62,789 nucleotides of DNA from Desulfurivibrionaceae bacterium (GTDB lineage: Bacteria > Desulfobacterota > Desulfobulbia > Desulfobulbales > JAGXFP01), in contig JAWOIQ010000025.1 in the NCBI GenBank assembly GCA_046484585.1, forward strand, positions 1 to 62,789. The letters run 5' to 3'. Below, one piece after another: positions 37,351-46,359 of the stretch (positions are counted from its first letter, which is position 1; every line of letters begins with the position of its first letter). The notes beneath the pieces were generated by a model. The model saw nothing but the letters and a program-made list of their open reading frames with translations, was not told the DNA's origin and did no database searches. A program made the translations under genes and the position numbers.

Positions 37351-39333
37351 TTAGTCGTTCGCTCCGTCGAATAAACCGGGCAGTTCGTCCTCGGGCTTCT
37401 CCACTTCTTTAGGAGTAGTCTCCGCAACCCGCCTAACCACCCGGGAAGACACTCGTTTCCCCTTGGCCGGTGCTCCTTTAATCAGGAAATCGGCCAGGTT
37501 GAAATCCTCGTAATTGCGCCGTGCCCTTTTGTTGGGAGCAAAATGAACACGTACCCAGCCCTCTTCGCCGGTCTTCAGAAAAAGGATGGTAGAGCGTTTA
37601 TGTTCGGGAAAGAGTCGATATTCCTTGTCGAGGATGTATTTAGGCGTCTTGAATCTTTTCACGTAGCAAAGATTCTCTGTGCCGTCTCGATAGACGACAT
37701 TGAACAACATTTTATCGCCGACCTTGCCGACCCAGGCAAGATCATTGCCAACGAAAAGCTTATCGGCAAGGTAAATCACCTTGTACGAGCCATCGTTGCT
37801 GATCATCAGGATTTTGTCATATTCGGAACACGAGAAGGAGCTATCCTCACTCGCCTTGACCTGCAAACCCAGGAAACCGCTGTCGCGATCATAACCGACG
37901 GTTAAATTCGACAAGGCAACCTTGCGGACTTCCACCTCGCCGAAAGCCTTGATTTCGGTCCGCCGGGGGTAATGCCCGCCGTACTTGGTCAGCAGCTTGT
38001 CAAGATAACCGATCGCAAAACCGATCATATCCTTCAAGCTGGTTTCGATCTCCTTTATTCTGCTCCGGACATCCTTGATCTCTTTTTTCTTCTTGTCGAT
38101 ATCGTATCTGGAGATGCGTTTTATCCGGATCTCAAGCAGCCTTTCGATATCTTCCCTGCTCACGTCCCGGACCAGCTTCTCGCGAAAGGGCAACAGGGAT
38201 TGATCAACCGTTTTGATCACCGCCTCATACGATTCGCACTCCTCGATCTCCTTATAGAGCCTCTCCTCAATGAATATCTGTTCGAGAAGATGGGCGTGGA
38301 GCTTCTCCCGGTTGCGATCGCGATCGATAAGCAGTTCCTTCTCAAGATCGTCTTTCAGCTTGGCGGTATTGTAAGCCAGAACCTCGTTGACTCCGATGGT
38401 GACCGGCCGGTCATCCTTAATAATGGTCAGATTGGGACTGATCGCCACCTCGCAATCGGTGAAGGCGTAAAGGGCGCTGATGGTTTCCGTCGCGTAGATG
38501 CCCCGGGCCAGCTTAATCTCCACTTCGACATTTTCGGCCGTGTAATCGCTGATCGACATGATCTTGATTTTGCCGGACCTGGCTGCCTTCTCGACACTTT
38601 CGATCAGAGATTCGGTCGTCGTCGAATGCGGGATCTCCTTGATGGTGATGGTCTTCTCATCTTTCTCTTCAATTCGAGCCCGGCATTTAATCCGGCCGTT
38701 ACCCTGATTGTAGCCGTTGACGTCGACCAACCCGCCCTTGGGGAAGTCGGGATATATCTCGATCTCCTCCCCCAACAGAATTTTTTTCTGGGCCTCCAGC
38801 AATTCCTGAAAATTGTGAGGCATGATCTTGGTCGCCATGCCGACTGCGATGCCGTCGGCGCCAAGCAGCAGGAGCATCGGCAGCTTGGCGGGCAAGGTGA
38901 CGGGCTCCAGCATTCGGCCGTCATAAGAATCGGTGAATTCAGTCAGATCCTTATTGAACATGGTTTCCCGGGCCAACGGGGTCAAGCGGCATTCTATGTA
39001 ACGCGCGGCGGAGGCGTTATCTCCGGTATAGATGTTGCCGAAGTTACCCTGCCGCTCGATAAGAAACTCTTTATTGGCCAGATTGACCAGGGCCGAAAAA
39101 ATCGAGGCGTCGCCGTGGGGATGGAGCTTCATGCAGTCGCCCACCACGTTGGCAACTTTATGAAAACGCCCGTCATCCATATTATGGAGGGTCTGCAGGA
39201 TCCGGCGCTGCACCGGCTTCAAGCCGTCGCTGATATCGGGAATGGCCCGCTCCCGGATCACATAGGAAGTGTAATCGAGGAAATTGCTGTCAAAAAGCTT
39301 ATGTAATTCGCCATAGTGGGTGAGAGCGTTCAT
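37351..39333 (-). CDS. parC: type IIA topoisomerase subunit A, compact topo-IV (Bacteroidota-type ParC)-like
   Basis: DGLKPVQRRIL, HPHGDASI and AARYIECRL (catalytic Tyr) motifs. At 660 aa it has only a short C-terminal domain. Confidence 0.75.
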   Translation of the reverse strand: MNALTHYGELHKLFDSNFLDYTSYVIRERAIPDISDGLKPVQRRILQTLHNMDDGRFHKVANVVGDCMKLHPHGDASIFSALVNLANKEFLIERQGNFGNIYTGDNASAARYIECRLTPLARETMFNKDLTEFTDSYDGRMLEPVTLPAKLPMLLLLGADGIAVGMATKIMPHNFQELLEAQKKILLGEEIEIYPDFPKGGLVDVNGYNQGNGRIKCRARIEEKDEKTITIKEIPHSTTTESLIESVEKAARSGKIKIMSISDYTAENVEVEIKLARGIYATETISALYAFTDCEVAISPNLTIIKDDRPVTIGVNEVLAYNTAKLKDDLEKELLIDRDRNREKLHAHLLEQIFIEERLYKEIEECESYEAVIKTVDQSLLPFREKLVRDVSREDIERLLEIRIKRISRYDIDKKKKEIKDVRSRIKEIETSLKDMIGFAIGYLDKLLTKYGGHYPRRTEIKAFGEVEVRKVALSNLTVGYDRDSGFLGLQVKASEDSSFSCSEYDKILMISNDGSYKVIYLADKLFVGNDLAWVGKVGDKMLFNVVYRDGTENLCYVKRFKTPKYILDKEYRLFPEHKRSTILFLKTGEEGWVRVHFAPNKRARRNYEDFNLADFLIKGAPAKGKRVSSRVVRRVAETTPKEVEKPEDELPGLFDGAND

Positions 39334-39352
39334 ATTTAAGTCAGATTCCGTA

Positions 39353-41182
39353 TTAGGCCAATGGTTTATCGACTAAATTTTCCATTATGTATTCCTTGCG
39401 GCTCGGGGTGTTCTTGCCCATGTAGAACTCCAGGAGCTTCGGCACATCGCTGAGCTTATCGATGTTGACCTGCTGCAAACGAATATCCAAACCGATAAAC
39501 TGCTTGAACTCTTTCGGGGAGATTTCACCAAGTCCCTTGAAACGGGTGATCTCGACTTTCAGCATTTTTTTGCCGCGCCCGGCCAGCTTCTTTTCGGCCG
39601 CCCTTCTTTCCTTTTCCGAGTAGCAGTAGATGGTTTCCTGCTTGTTTCTGACCCTGAAGATCGGAGTTTCGAGAATATAGACATGGCCCTTCTTGACCAG
39701 CGACTCGAAGTAATGGAGGAAAAAGGTGAGAAGCAGATTGCGGATATGCAGACCGTCGACATCGGCATCGGTAGCCATGATAACCTTGTCGTAACGCAAG
39801 CCGCCCAGGGAATCTTCGATATTAAGAGCCCGCATCATGTTGTACATCTCGTCGTTTTTATAAAGCAGGGTGAGCTGCTGACCGAAGACGTTCATCGGTT
39901 TACCCTTAAGCGAGAAGACCGCCTGGGTCATGGGATCCCGTGCGCTGACAATCGACCCGGAAGCGGATTGGCCCTCGGTAATGAAAACCATGTTCTCCCG
40001 GCCTGCTTCGGAGGGTTTGTTCTTGGCGGGATGGTGCTTGCAGTCCTTGAGCTGGGGAATCTTCAGGGCGACCTTTTTGGCCTTGACCTTTGCTTCCTTG
40101 CGCACCTGCTGAAGATCCTTGCGAACCTTGGCATTATGCTGAATCTTCTGGATAAGGACATCGGCCATCTCGGTGTTCTTGTAGAAATAGTCGGTCAGGA
40201 CATCTTTGACCTTGTTGACTATCCAGCCCCGGATCTCGGTATTGCCGAGCTTGTTTTTGGTCTGCGACTCGAAGATCGGATCCTTGATCTTGATGGCCAC
40301 GGTGCCGACCACCCCGTCGCGAACGTCTTCGCCGGCGAATTTTTTACCGGAATACTCATTCACCCCCTTCAGGATCCCTTCTCGAAATGCGGAAAGATGG
40401 GTGCCTCCCTCGTTGGTGAAGGTGCCGTTCACGAAAGAGAAGTACGATTCGCCGTAACAATCGGTATGGGAGAAGGCCAGCTCCAGAGTGTTGTCTTTGT
40501 AATGAACCGGCTCGTAAAGCTGAGTGCCCTCAATTTCATTGTCGAGCAGGTCGAGCAGGCCGTTGGCCGAATAAAACTCCTCGTCATCGAGATAGAGCTT
40601 CAGACCGGCATTTAGATAGGCATAACGCCATAAACGTTTGCGGATAAAATCAAAATTAAAGGAAAAATCCTCGAACAGGGCGGGATCCGGGCTGAATTCA
40701 ATCAGAGTGCCGTTCTTTTCGACGGTTTTTCCGGCATCCTCCTTCTCAAGCTCACCATTGACAAATTCGGCCGAGGCGAATTTCCCTTCCCGGAAGGCGA
40801 TAACCTTGAAACGGCTGGAGAGGGCATTGACTGCCTTGGTGCCGACCCCGTTCAGACCGACGGAGAATTGAAAAACTTCGGTATTGTACTTCGCGCCGGT
40901 ATTGATCACCGAAACGCATTCGACCAGTTTGCCAAGGGGAATGCCGCGGCCATAGTCCCTAACCGTTACGTCACCGTTCGGAGCAACCGCGATGTCGATC
41001 CGGTCCCCTTCCCCCATGATGAATTCGTCCACGGCATTATCCACTACCTCCTTAAGGAGAATATAGATGCCGTCGTCGGGATGTGAACCGTTGCCGAGCC
41101 GGCCGATATACATGCCGGGTCGAAGGCGGATATGCTCCAGCGAACTCAGGGTTTTTATCTTGTCTTCGTTATATTCGGTCAT
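39353..41182 (-). CDS. parE: type IIA topoisomerase subunit B, topo-IV (ParE)-like
   Basis: HIRLRPGMYIG and LKEVVDNAVDE GHKL ATPase motifs, a TEGQSA Toprim motif, and DADVDGLHI. 609 aa. Confidence 0.8.
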   Translation of the reverse strand: MTEYNEDKIKTLSSLEHIRLRPGMYIGRLGNGSHPDDGIYILLKEVVDNAVDEFIMGEGDRIDIAVAPNGDVTVRDYGRGIPLGKLVECVSVINTGAKYNTEVFQFSVGLNGVGTKAVNALSSRFKVIAFREGKFASAEFVNGELEKEDAGKTVEKNGTLIEFSPDPALFEDFSFNFDFIRKRLWRYAYLNAGLKLYLDDEEFYSANGLLDLLDNEIEGTQLYEPVHYKDNTLELAFSHTDCYGESYFSFVNGTFTNEGGTHLSAFREGILKGVNEYSGKKFAGEDVRDGVVGTVAIKIKDPIFESQTKNKLGNTEIRGWIVNKVKDVLTDYFYKNTEMADVLIQKIQHNAKVRKDLQQVRKEAKVKAKKVALKIPQLKDCKHHPAKNKPSEAGRENMVFITEGQSASGSIVSARDPMTQAVFSLKGKPMNVFGQQLTLLYKNDEMYNMMRALNIEDSLGGLRYDKVIMATDADVDGLHIRNLLLTFFLHYFESLVKKGHVYILETPIFRVRNKQETIYCYSEKERRAAEKKLAGRGKKMLKVEITRFKGLGEISPKEFKQFIGLDIRLQQVNIDKLSDVPKLLEFYMGKNTPSRKEYIMENLVDKPLA

Positions 41183-41389
41183 CGTCTGCTTTATGGATAA
41201 TCAGGGTAAAATCCCATTGAATCATAGGAACCGCGCCGCTTTTGAGTATTCAGTTTTCCGTTACAAGGCAAGTAAACGTACAATCTATATCTTTCTTTCC
41301 ATTCGCCTGCAATGATAATCTTGTAAGGGTGATGGTTCACTTCCCGTCAACCGTTATGGTGTCGGCTCAAACTCTTTATTTGAAAAAAT

Positions 41390-41545
41390 GTAACCGTTCA
41401 GCCGCACCACATCTTCGGACGATCAGCCCGGCTTACGTGCATGAGGTACGCGGCGCCGGTCCGCTTGTCCAAATCTGCACCACTGCTGAACGGTTACAGT
41501 CCGGCGGTTTTGGGTGCTTTGGCTACTGCCCCGGGGAACGGTTAC
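41390..41545 (+). mobile_element. MITE family A copy 2 (156 bp), TSD GAAAAAAT (41382-41389 and 41546-41553)
   Basis: Same termini and internal sequence as the copy at 8239, with a perfect 8-bp flanking repeat. Confidence 0.9.
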
Positions 41546-41633
41546 GAAAAAATCACGGGGTATGCGCGGATTGTCATCAGCAAAATATCATCAGCAAAAT
41601 AGTGACATGTCCCGGGAAAAATACTAGCATAAA

Positions 41634-41853
41634 CCTGAATCCGTGTGGGTTCGAGAACGGTGCAGATGCAAGGCGGCAACGATGTTGATAATACTGATGG
41701 TATATTAACGAGTTGCCAACGCGGCAGTTGCGCCGTTATCGGGCGCCCCGCAGGGCGGCGGGGTTAATCGAGGCGACTCAGCAAAAAACTATTATTTTAC
41801 GTAAAAACAAACTGATAAAGCAAAATCCCCCTAGAAGCCTTCACGGATTCAGG
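41634..41853 (+). mobile_element. MITE family B copy (220 bp), flanked by ATAAA/ATAAA
   Basis: CCTGAATCCGTG ... TCACGGATTCAGG termini. It aligns with 11949-12224. Confidence 0.8.
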
Positions 41854-41951
41854 ATAAAGTATTGATGTCGCGCTTGAAGGGCCGATTTTGAGGTTTTCAT
41901 GGTCATTGCGGCGCCACCCAACCAAGACAACAAAAGGATTAGAATTTCAAT

Positions 41952-43715
41952 ATGAAAAACGATTCCCTGGAAACCGCCGAAATCATCTGGAAACTGGCCG
42001 ATCTCTATGACGGCCCAGATGATCTGAAACTTGAGGAAGACATTAAAAACTGCGAGATACAGGCAGCGGAACTGAAAAAAGATTATGACGGCAGAATCGC
42101 TGACCTGACGGCGGAGGAACTGCTGACCCTTACGACCTCCCTTGAAAGTCTGGAAAGCGTCCAGGGTCGGATCTCCACCTTTGCCTTTCTGAACTTCGCC
42201 ACCCGAACCAAAGACCAGACCGCCTCCGCCTTTCTTCAGAAAATCAAGGAATTCAGCAGCAGAGTGAGCCGGGAAACCGTCTTCTTTGAACTGGAATGGA
42301 ATCAGCTTGCTGAAGAAACAGCCGGGAAACTGCTGGCCGCGAAGGAGCTGGACCATTATCGACATTATCTGACCAGCCTCCGGCGCTATGCGCCCCATCA
42401 GCTCTCCCGGCCCGAGGAGACCCTTTTACTGGAAAAGGCCCCGGTCGGCCGCGGCAGCTGGAACAACCTGTTCGACAAAGTGATGGGCCACCTGAAATTC
42501 GGCAAGGAGCAGCGCTCGGAAGAAGAGGTGTTGACCGATCTCTATTCAACTGTCCGGGAAATCAGGGCCCAGGCCGCCCGGGAACTGACCGACGGCCTTA
42601 ACAGCCAGCTCCACATCCTCACCCACATCTTCAACACCATCCTGGCCGACAAAATGATCGACGACCGGCTGCGCAAATACGACTCCTGGCTGAACGCCAT
42701 GAATCTTTACAATGAACTGGACAATGCAACCGTCGAAGTCCTGGTCAATGAGGTTACCGAACGTTACGAGATAGTCCGGCGCTACTACAGGCTGAAAAAA
42801 GACCTGCTCGGAATAAAAGAACTGACCGACTACGACCGCTATGCCCCCCTGCCCCACCTTCCTGAAAAGAAGATCTCCTGGCCCGAATGCCGCCGGATGG
42901 TCCTGGACTCGTTTAATGATTTTTCGCCCGAAATGGCGGAGATCGGGGCCAGATTCTTTGACGAAGGCTGGATCCACGCCCCGCTTATCGAAGGCAAGAG
43001 GGGCGGCGCCTTCGCCCATCCATGCGTCCCCGATGTGCATCCATACATTATGGTCAACTACTCGGGAACCCTGCGGGATGTCTCGACTGTAGCCCACGAA
43101 CTGGGTCACGGCGTCCATCAATATCTGGCCGCGAAACAGGGCTACTATAACAGCTCGACCACCCTGGTCCTGGCCGAAACAGCCTCGGTCTTCGCCGAAC
43201 TGCTCCTCTTCCGCGCCCAGCTGGAATCCCTGGATGACGAAAAACAGAAAAAAGCCTTTACCTGCCAGAAGCTCGAATCGATCTTCGCCACCGTCTTCCG
43301 TCAGATCGCCATGAACAGATTCGAAAACCTGATCCACAACGAACGCCGCGACAAAGGAGAACTTTCCGCCGAACAATTTTCCGGACACTGGCTGGCCACG
43401 CAGCACCAAATGTTCGGCGACAGCATCACCCTTGGCGACGGCTACGGGGTATGGTGGTCATATATTCCCCATTTCATCAGTACTCCCGGCTATGTATACT
43501 CCTATGCCTTCGGAGAACTGCTGGTCCTGGCCCTCTACAATCTCTACCTGCACGATCGGCAAAACTTCGTCCCCGAATACCTGGAGCTGTTAAGCCGGGG
43601 CGGCAGCGCCGACCCCTACGAACTGCTGAGCCCGTTCGGCATTGATCTTAACTCCCCCGATTTCTGGCGGGGCGGTTTGAAAGTGATCGATGACATGCTA
43701 AAAGACATTGAATAA
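41952..43715 (+). CDS. pepF: oligoendopeptidase F (M3B family)
   Basis: HELGHGVH zinc motif, 587 aa. Confidence 0.85.
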   Translation: MKNDSLETAEIIWKLADLYDGPDDLKLEEDIKNCEIQAAELKKDYDGRIADLTAEELLTLTTSLESLESVQGRISTFAFLNFATRTKDQTASAFLQKIKEFSSRVSRETVFFELEWNQLAEETAGKLLAAKELDHYRHYLTSLRRYAPHQLSRPEETLLLEKAPVGRGSWNNLFDKVMGHLKFGKEQRSEEEVLTDLYSTVREIRAQAARELTDGLNSQLHILTHIFNTILADKMIDDRLRKYDSWLNAMNLYNELDNATVEVLVNEVTERYEIVRRYYRLKKDLLGIKELTDYDRYAPLPHLPEKKISWPECRRMVLDSFNDFSPEMAEIGARFFDEGWIHAPLIEGKRGGAFAHPCVPDVHPYIMVNYSGTLRDVSTVAHELGHGVHQYLAAKQGYYNSSTTLVLAETASVFAELLLFRAQLESLDDEKQKKAFTCQKLESIFATVFRQIAMNRFENLIHNERRDKGELSAEQFSGHWLATQHQMFGDSITLGDGYGVWWSYIPHFISTPGYVYSYAFGELLVLALYNLYLHDRQNFVPEYLELLSRGGSADPYELLSPFGIDLNSPDFWRGGLKVIDDMLKDIE

Positions 43716-43817
43716 CGGCTCGAAGAGAACCTGATCAATTTGCGGACAATTTTAGTTATGATCCGGGAATATTTTGTATTATTATGAGATCAAAGCGCTC
43801 CAAGCAAATTTTGCTGA

Positions 43818-43895
43818 ACTCGCAAAAAGTCACAGGATGGCAAAGCAAAAAACTAAGGGTACGGTGTTAATTCCCACCGTACCCTTTTTGCAAAT
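43818..43895 (+). repeat. repeat family C short variant
   Basis: ACTCGCAAAAAGTCACAGGATGGCAAAGCAAAAAAC module followed by a strong hairpin. Confidence 0.55.
43857..43889 (+). terminator. intrinsic terminator downstream of pepF
   Basis: GGGTACGGTG-TTAATTCC-CACCGTACCC followed by TTTTT. Confidence 0.75.
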
Positions 43896-43927
43896 CACCT
43901 ATCAATCCTAAAGTACTTGCCCTTAAA

Positions 43928-44785
43928 ATGACTTCAATTAAACCATTAAAATCCAGCCGCCGCCTTGTTTACCTCATCAGTCTGGCGCTCTTTCTCGCAA
44001 GTGGCTGCGGTTTTCCCACGATATCGAATCTGGTTGAGGGGCTTAATCATCAGAACGACCTTGAGTTGGTTTGCGACGGCTCCTCTTCCTATCTCCTTTT
44101 GCTTGACAGCCTGCTGGCCAGGGATCCCGATGATATCAACCTGCTGATCAATTCCACCAAGGCCTACAGCGCCTATGTCATCGTCACAACCGAGTGCGGT
44201 CGTCCGGAGCGCTCGGCCGTGCTCAGCCAGACCGCCAGGGCATACGGCCTGCGGCTGCTCCATGAAACCGGCGGAATCAACCGGTCCGACAACCTTGAGC
44301 AAATATCGCGGAAGCTGCGGGCCGCCCGGCGGAAAAATGTGGAGGCCTTATTCTGGGGGGCTTACAGCTGGGCCCAATGGATAAATTATCAGCAAGGCGC
44401 TCCAGCGGCGGTTATCGATCTTCTCAAGGTTGAACTGATCATGAAAAGAGTCATCGAACTGGATGAAACTTTTTACAATGGCGGAGCTCATCTCTTTCTG
44501 GGCATTTACCACACCCTGAAACCGGAGGTTTACGGCGGGGATCCCGAGGCGAGCCGCCGCCATTTCGAAAAGGCTCTGGAGATAAGCGGCCGCCGCTTTC
44601 TGCCGGTTCAGGCCGCCTATGCCGAACACTACGCCAGAATGGTTCAAGACCGGCAACTGTTCATAAATTTGCTCGAAGAAGTGCTGGCATTCGATATCTC
44701 CACCGTCCCGGACACAACCCTGAGCAATCTCGTCGCCCAAAAACAGGCCGTTAAACTGCTTGCCGAAATCGATCAATATTTCTAA
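43928..44785 (+). CDS. TRAP transporter TatT-component family lipoprotein (TPR-like)
   Basis: Lipobox LASGC and the family block ALFWGAYSWAQWINYQQG...FYNGGAHLFLGIYH. It is directly upstream of dctPQM. Confidence 0.7.
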   Translation: MTSIKPLKSSRRLVYLISLALFLASGCGFPTISNLVEGLNHQNDLELVCDGSSSYLLLLDSLLARDPDDINLLINSTKAYSAYVIVTTECGRPERSAVLSQTARAYGLRLLHETGGINRSDNLEQISRKLRAARRKNVEALFWGAYSWAQWINYQQGAPAAVIDLLKVELIMKRVIELDETFYNGGAHLFLGIYHTLKPEVYGGDPEASRRHFEKALEISGRRFLPVQAAYAEHYARMVQDRQLFINLLEEVLAFDISTVPDTTLSNLVAQKQAVKLLAEIDQYF

Positions 44786-44796
44786 TAAAGGAGAAC

Positions 44797-45834
44797 ATGA
44801 AGAACTCACTCCCCCGAAAAGCGACAGCGACACTGCTTACCCTGGCCATTCTGCTGATTCCGTTTACGGCCCAGGCCGGCAAATCAAAATATCTGTTCAA
44901 AATCGCCTCCCTGGCCCCCGCCGGCAGTGTCTGGGCCAACCATTTCGACAACTTCTCCCGGGAAATTACCGAAAAGAGCAATGGCGATATAACTTTCAAG
45001 GTCTACCCGGGCGGGGTTATGGGCGACGACCGGGCGATGTACCGGAAAATGCAGATCGGCCAGCTGCACGGCGGCGGCTTCACCATGACCGGGATCAGCG
45101 AATTCGTCCCGGACTTCCGGGTTCTGGGAATTCCGGTCCTCTTCGATTCACTCCGGGAGGTCGACGAGGTCAGGGCAGCCCTGCTCCCCTCGTTTAGGAA
45201 CTCTTTTGCCGAAAAGAACCTGGCCCTGATCGCCATGACCGAAGTCGGTTTCTTCTACACCATGTCGACCATGCCGATCAAGAATCTCGATCTGTTGCGA
45301 AATAGTAAATGCTGGGTCCCCTCCAATGATCCGGTCAATCAGGCTTTTTTCGAGGATATCGGCATCTCCCCGATCCAGCTGTCGATCCCCGACGTCCTCT
45401 CCTCCCTGCAGACCGGACTGGTCGACACGGTATTCAACAGTTTTTATGGCTCAATCGTCATGCAGTGGTTCACCAAGACTCCTTATATCACCGATGCCCC
45501 GTTCGGCTATGCCTACGGAGCTTTGGTCTTCTCCAAAAAATCCATGGACCGCCTGCCGACTGAATATGTCACGCTGATCAACGAACTTGCCGAAAAACAT
45601 TTTGCGGCGCTGCTGACCGACACCCGGAAAAGCAATGATGAGGCCCTGGAAGCCTTGAAGCTAAACGGCATCAAGCTGATCGAACCAACCCCGGAGACCT
45701 TGCGGAAATTGGAGATCCACCGGGAAAATACAGTAAAGAAGACAGTCGGCTCGGCATTTTCCGAAGAAATCCATGCCGAGACCATGCGGGTCCTCTCTGA
45801 ATTCCGCGCAAAGGCGAAACTTTCAGGCGATTGA
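44797..45834 (+). CDS. dctP: TRAP transporter substrate-binding protein (DctP family)
   Basis: Signal peptide, 345 aa, located next to the Q and M components. Confidence 0.8.
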   Translation: MKNSLPRKATATLLTLAILLIPFTAQAGKSKYLFKIASLAPAGSVWANHFDNFSREITEKSNGDITFKVYPGGVMGDDRAMYRKMQIGQLHGGGFTMTGISEFVPDFRVLGIPVLFDSLREVDEVRAALLPSFRNSFAEKNLALIAMTEVGFFYTMSTMPIKNLDLLRNSKCWVPSNDPVNQAFFEDIGISPIQLSIPDVLSSLQTGLVDTVFNSFYGSIVMQWFTKTPYITDAPFGYAYGALVFSKKSMDRLPTEYVTLINELAEKHFAALLTDTRKSNDEALEALKLNGIKLIEPTPETLRKLEIHRENTVKKTVGSAFSEEIHAETMRVLSEFRAKAKLSGD

Positions 45835-45837
45835 TCC

Positions 45838-46341
45838 ATGTCCGTATTTGCCCCCAGACATATCCTGAGCACCATCTACAGACTTGAAGACACACTGCTG
45901 AGCCTGTTGCTTTTTGCGATGATAATTATCTCCTGCCTGCAGATCGGGCTCAGAACCCTGTTCTCCTCGGGCATCGCCTGGGCCGATCCGCTCCTCCGTT
46001 ATCTGGTCCTCTGGGCCGGCCTGCTAGGAGCGGCGGTCGCCACCAGGACGGGCAAGCACATTGCCATCGATCTCTTCTCCCATCTCATGCCCAAACGTAT
46101 CTCCCGCTGGCTCGCCGTGGCGGTCAAGTTTTTTTCACTGGCAGTCTGCCTGCTGCTCACCTACGCCTCGATCGTCTTTGTCGCCAACGAAGCCTCTTTC
46201 GGCACCGGCCAGACCATTCTGGGCCTGGCCTCCTGGCAGCTCAATCTGATCTTCCCCGTCTCTTTCGGCCTGATCAGCCTCCATTTTCTGATCTGGACCG
46301 TCGCCGGAATCGGGAAGGCGTCATCCGGCAAAAACCCATAA
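45838..46341 (+). CDS. dctQ: TRAP transporter small permease (DctQ family)
   Basis: Hydrophobic protein of 167 aa with four predicted helices. Confidence 0.75.
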   Translation: MSVFAPRHILSTIYRLEDTLLSLLLFAMIIISCLQIGLRTLFSSGIAWADPLLRYLVLWAGLLGAAVATRTGKHIAIDLFSHLMPKRISRWLAVAVKFFSLAVCLLLTYASIVFVANEASFGTGQTILGLASWQLNLIFPVSFGLISLHFLIWTVAGIGKASSGKNP

Positions 46342-46359
46342 CCAAGACAGGGCTGCCCC

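Noticed and set aside
37972-39306. 444-aa plus-strand ORF, plus 39683-40615 (310 aa), 2050-3027 (325 aa), 13381-14103 (240 aa), 42546-43409 (287 aa) and 31207-31986 (259 aa)
   Set aside because: These are long antisense shadow ORFs inside well-supported genes (parC, parE, COG1900, xseB/ispA, pepF, korA). Their composition is Gly/Arg/Asp-rich, typical of reverse frames in GC-biased coding DNA.
41242-41688. Track ORFs sharing the peptide SAAPHLRTI(S/G)PAYVHEVRGAGPLVQICTTAERLQSGGFG (also 47527-47991 and 47609-47809)
   Set aside because: The shared peptide is MITE family A read in one frame. The third copy (8239) does not keep that frame in a track ORF, and copies differ by frame-breaking indels near the end. 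This is conserved DNA, not a gene.
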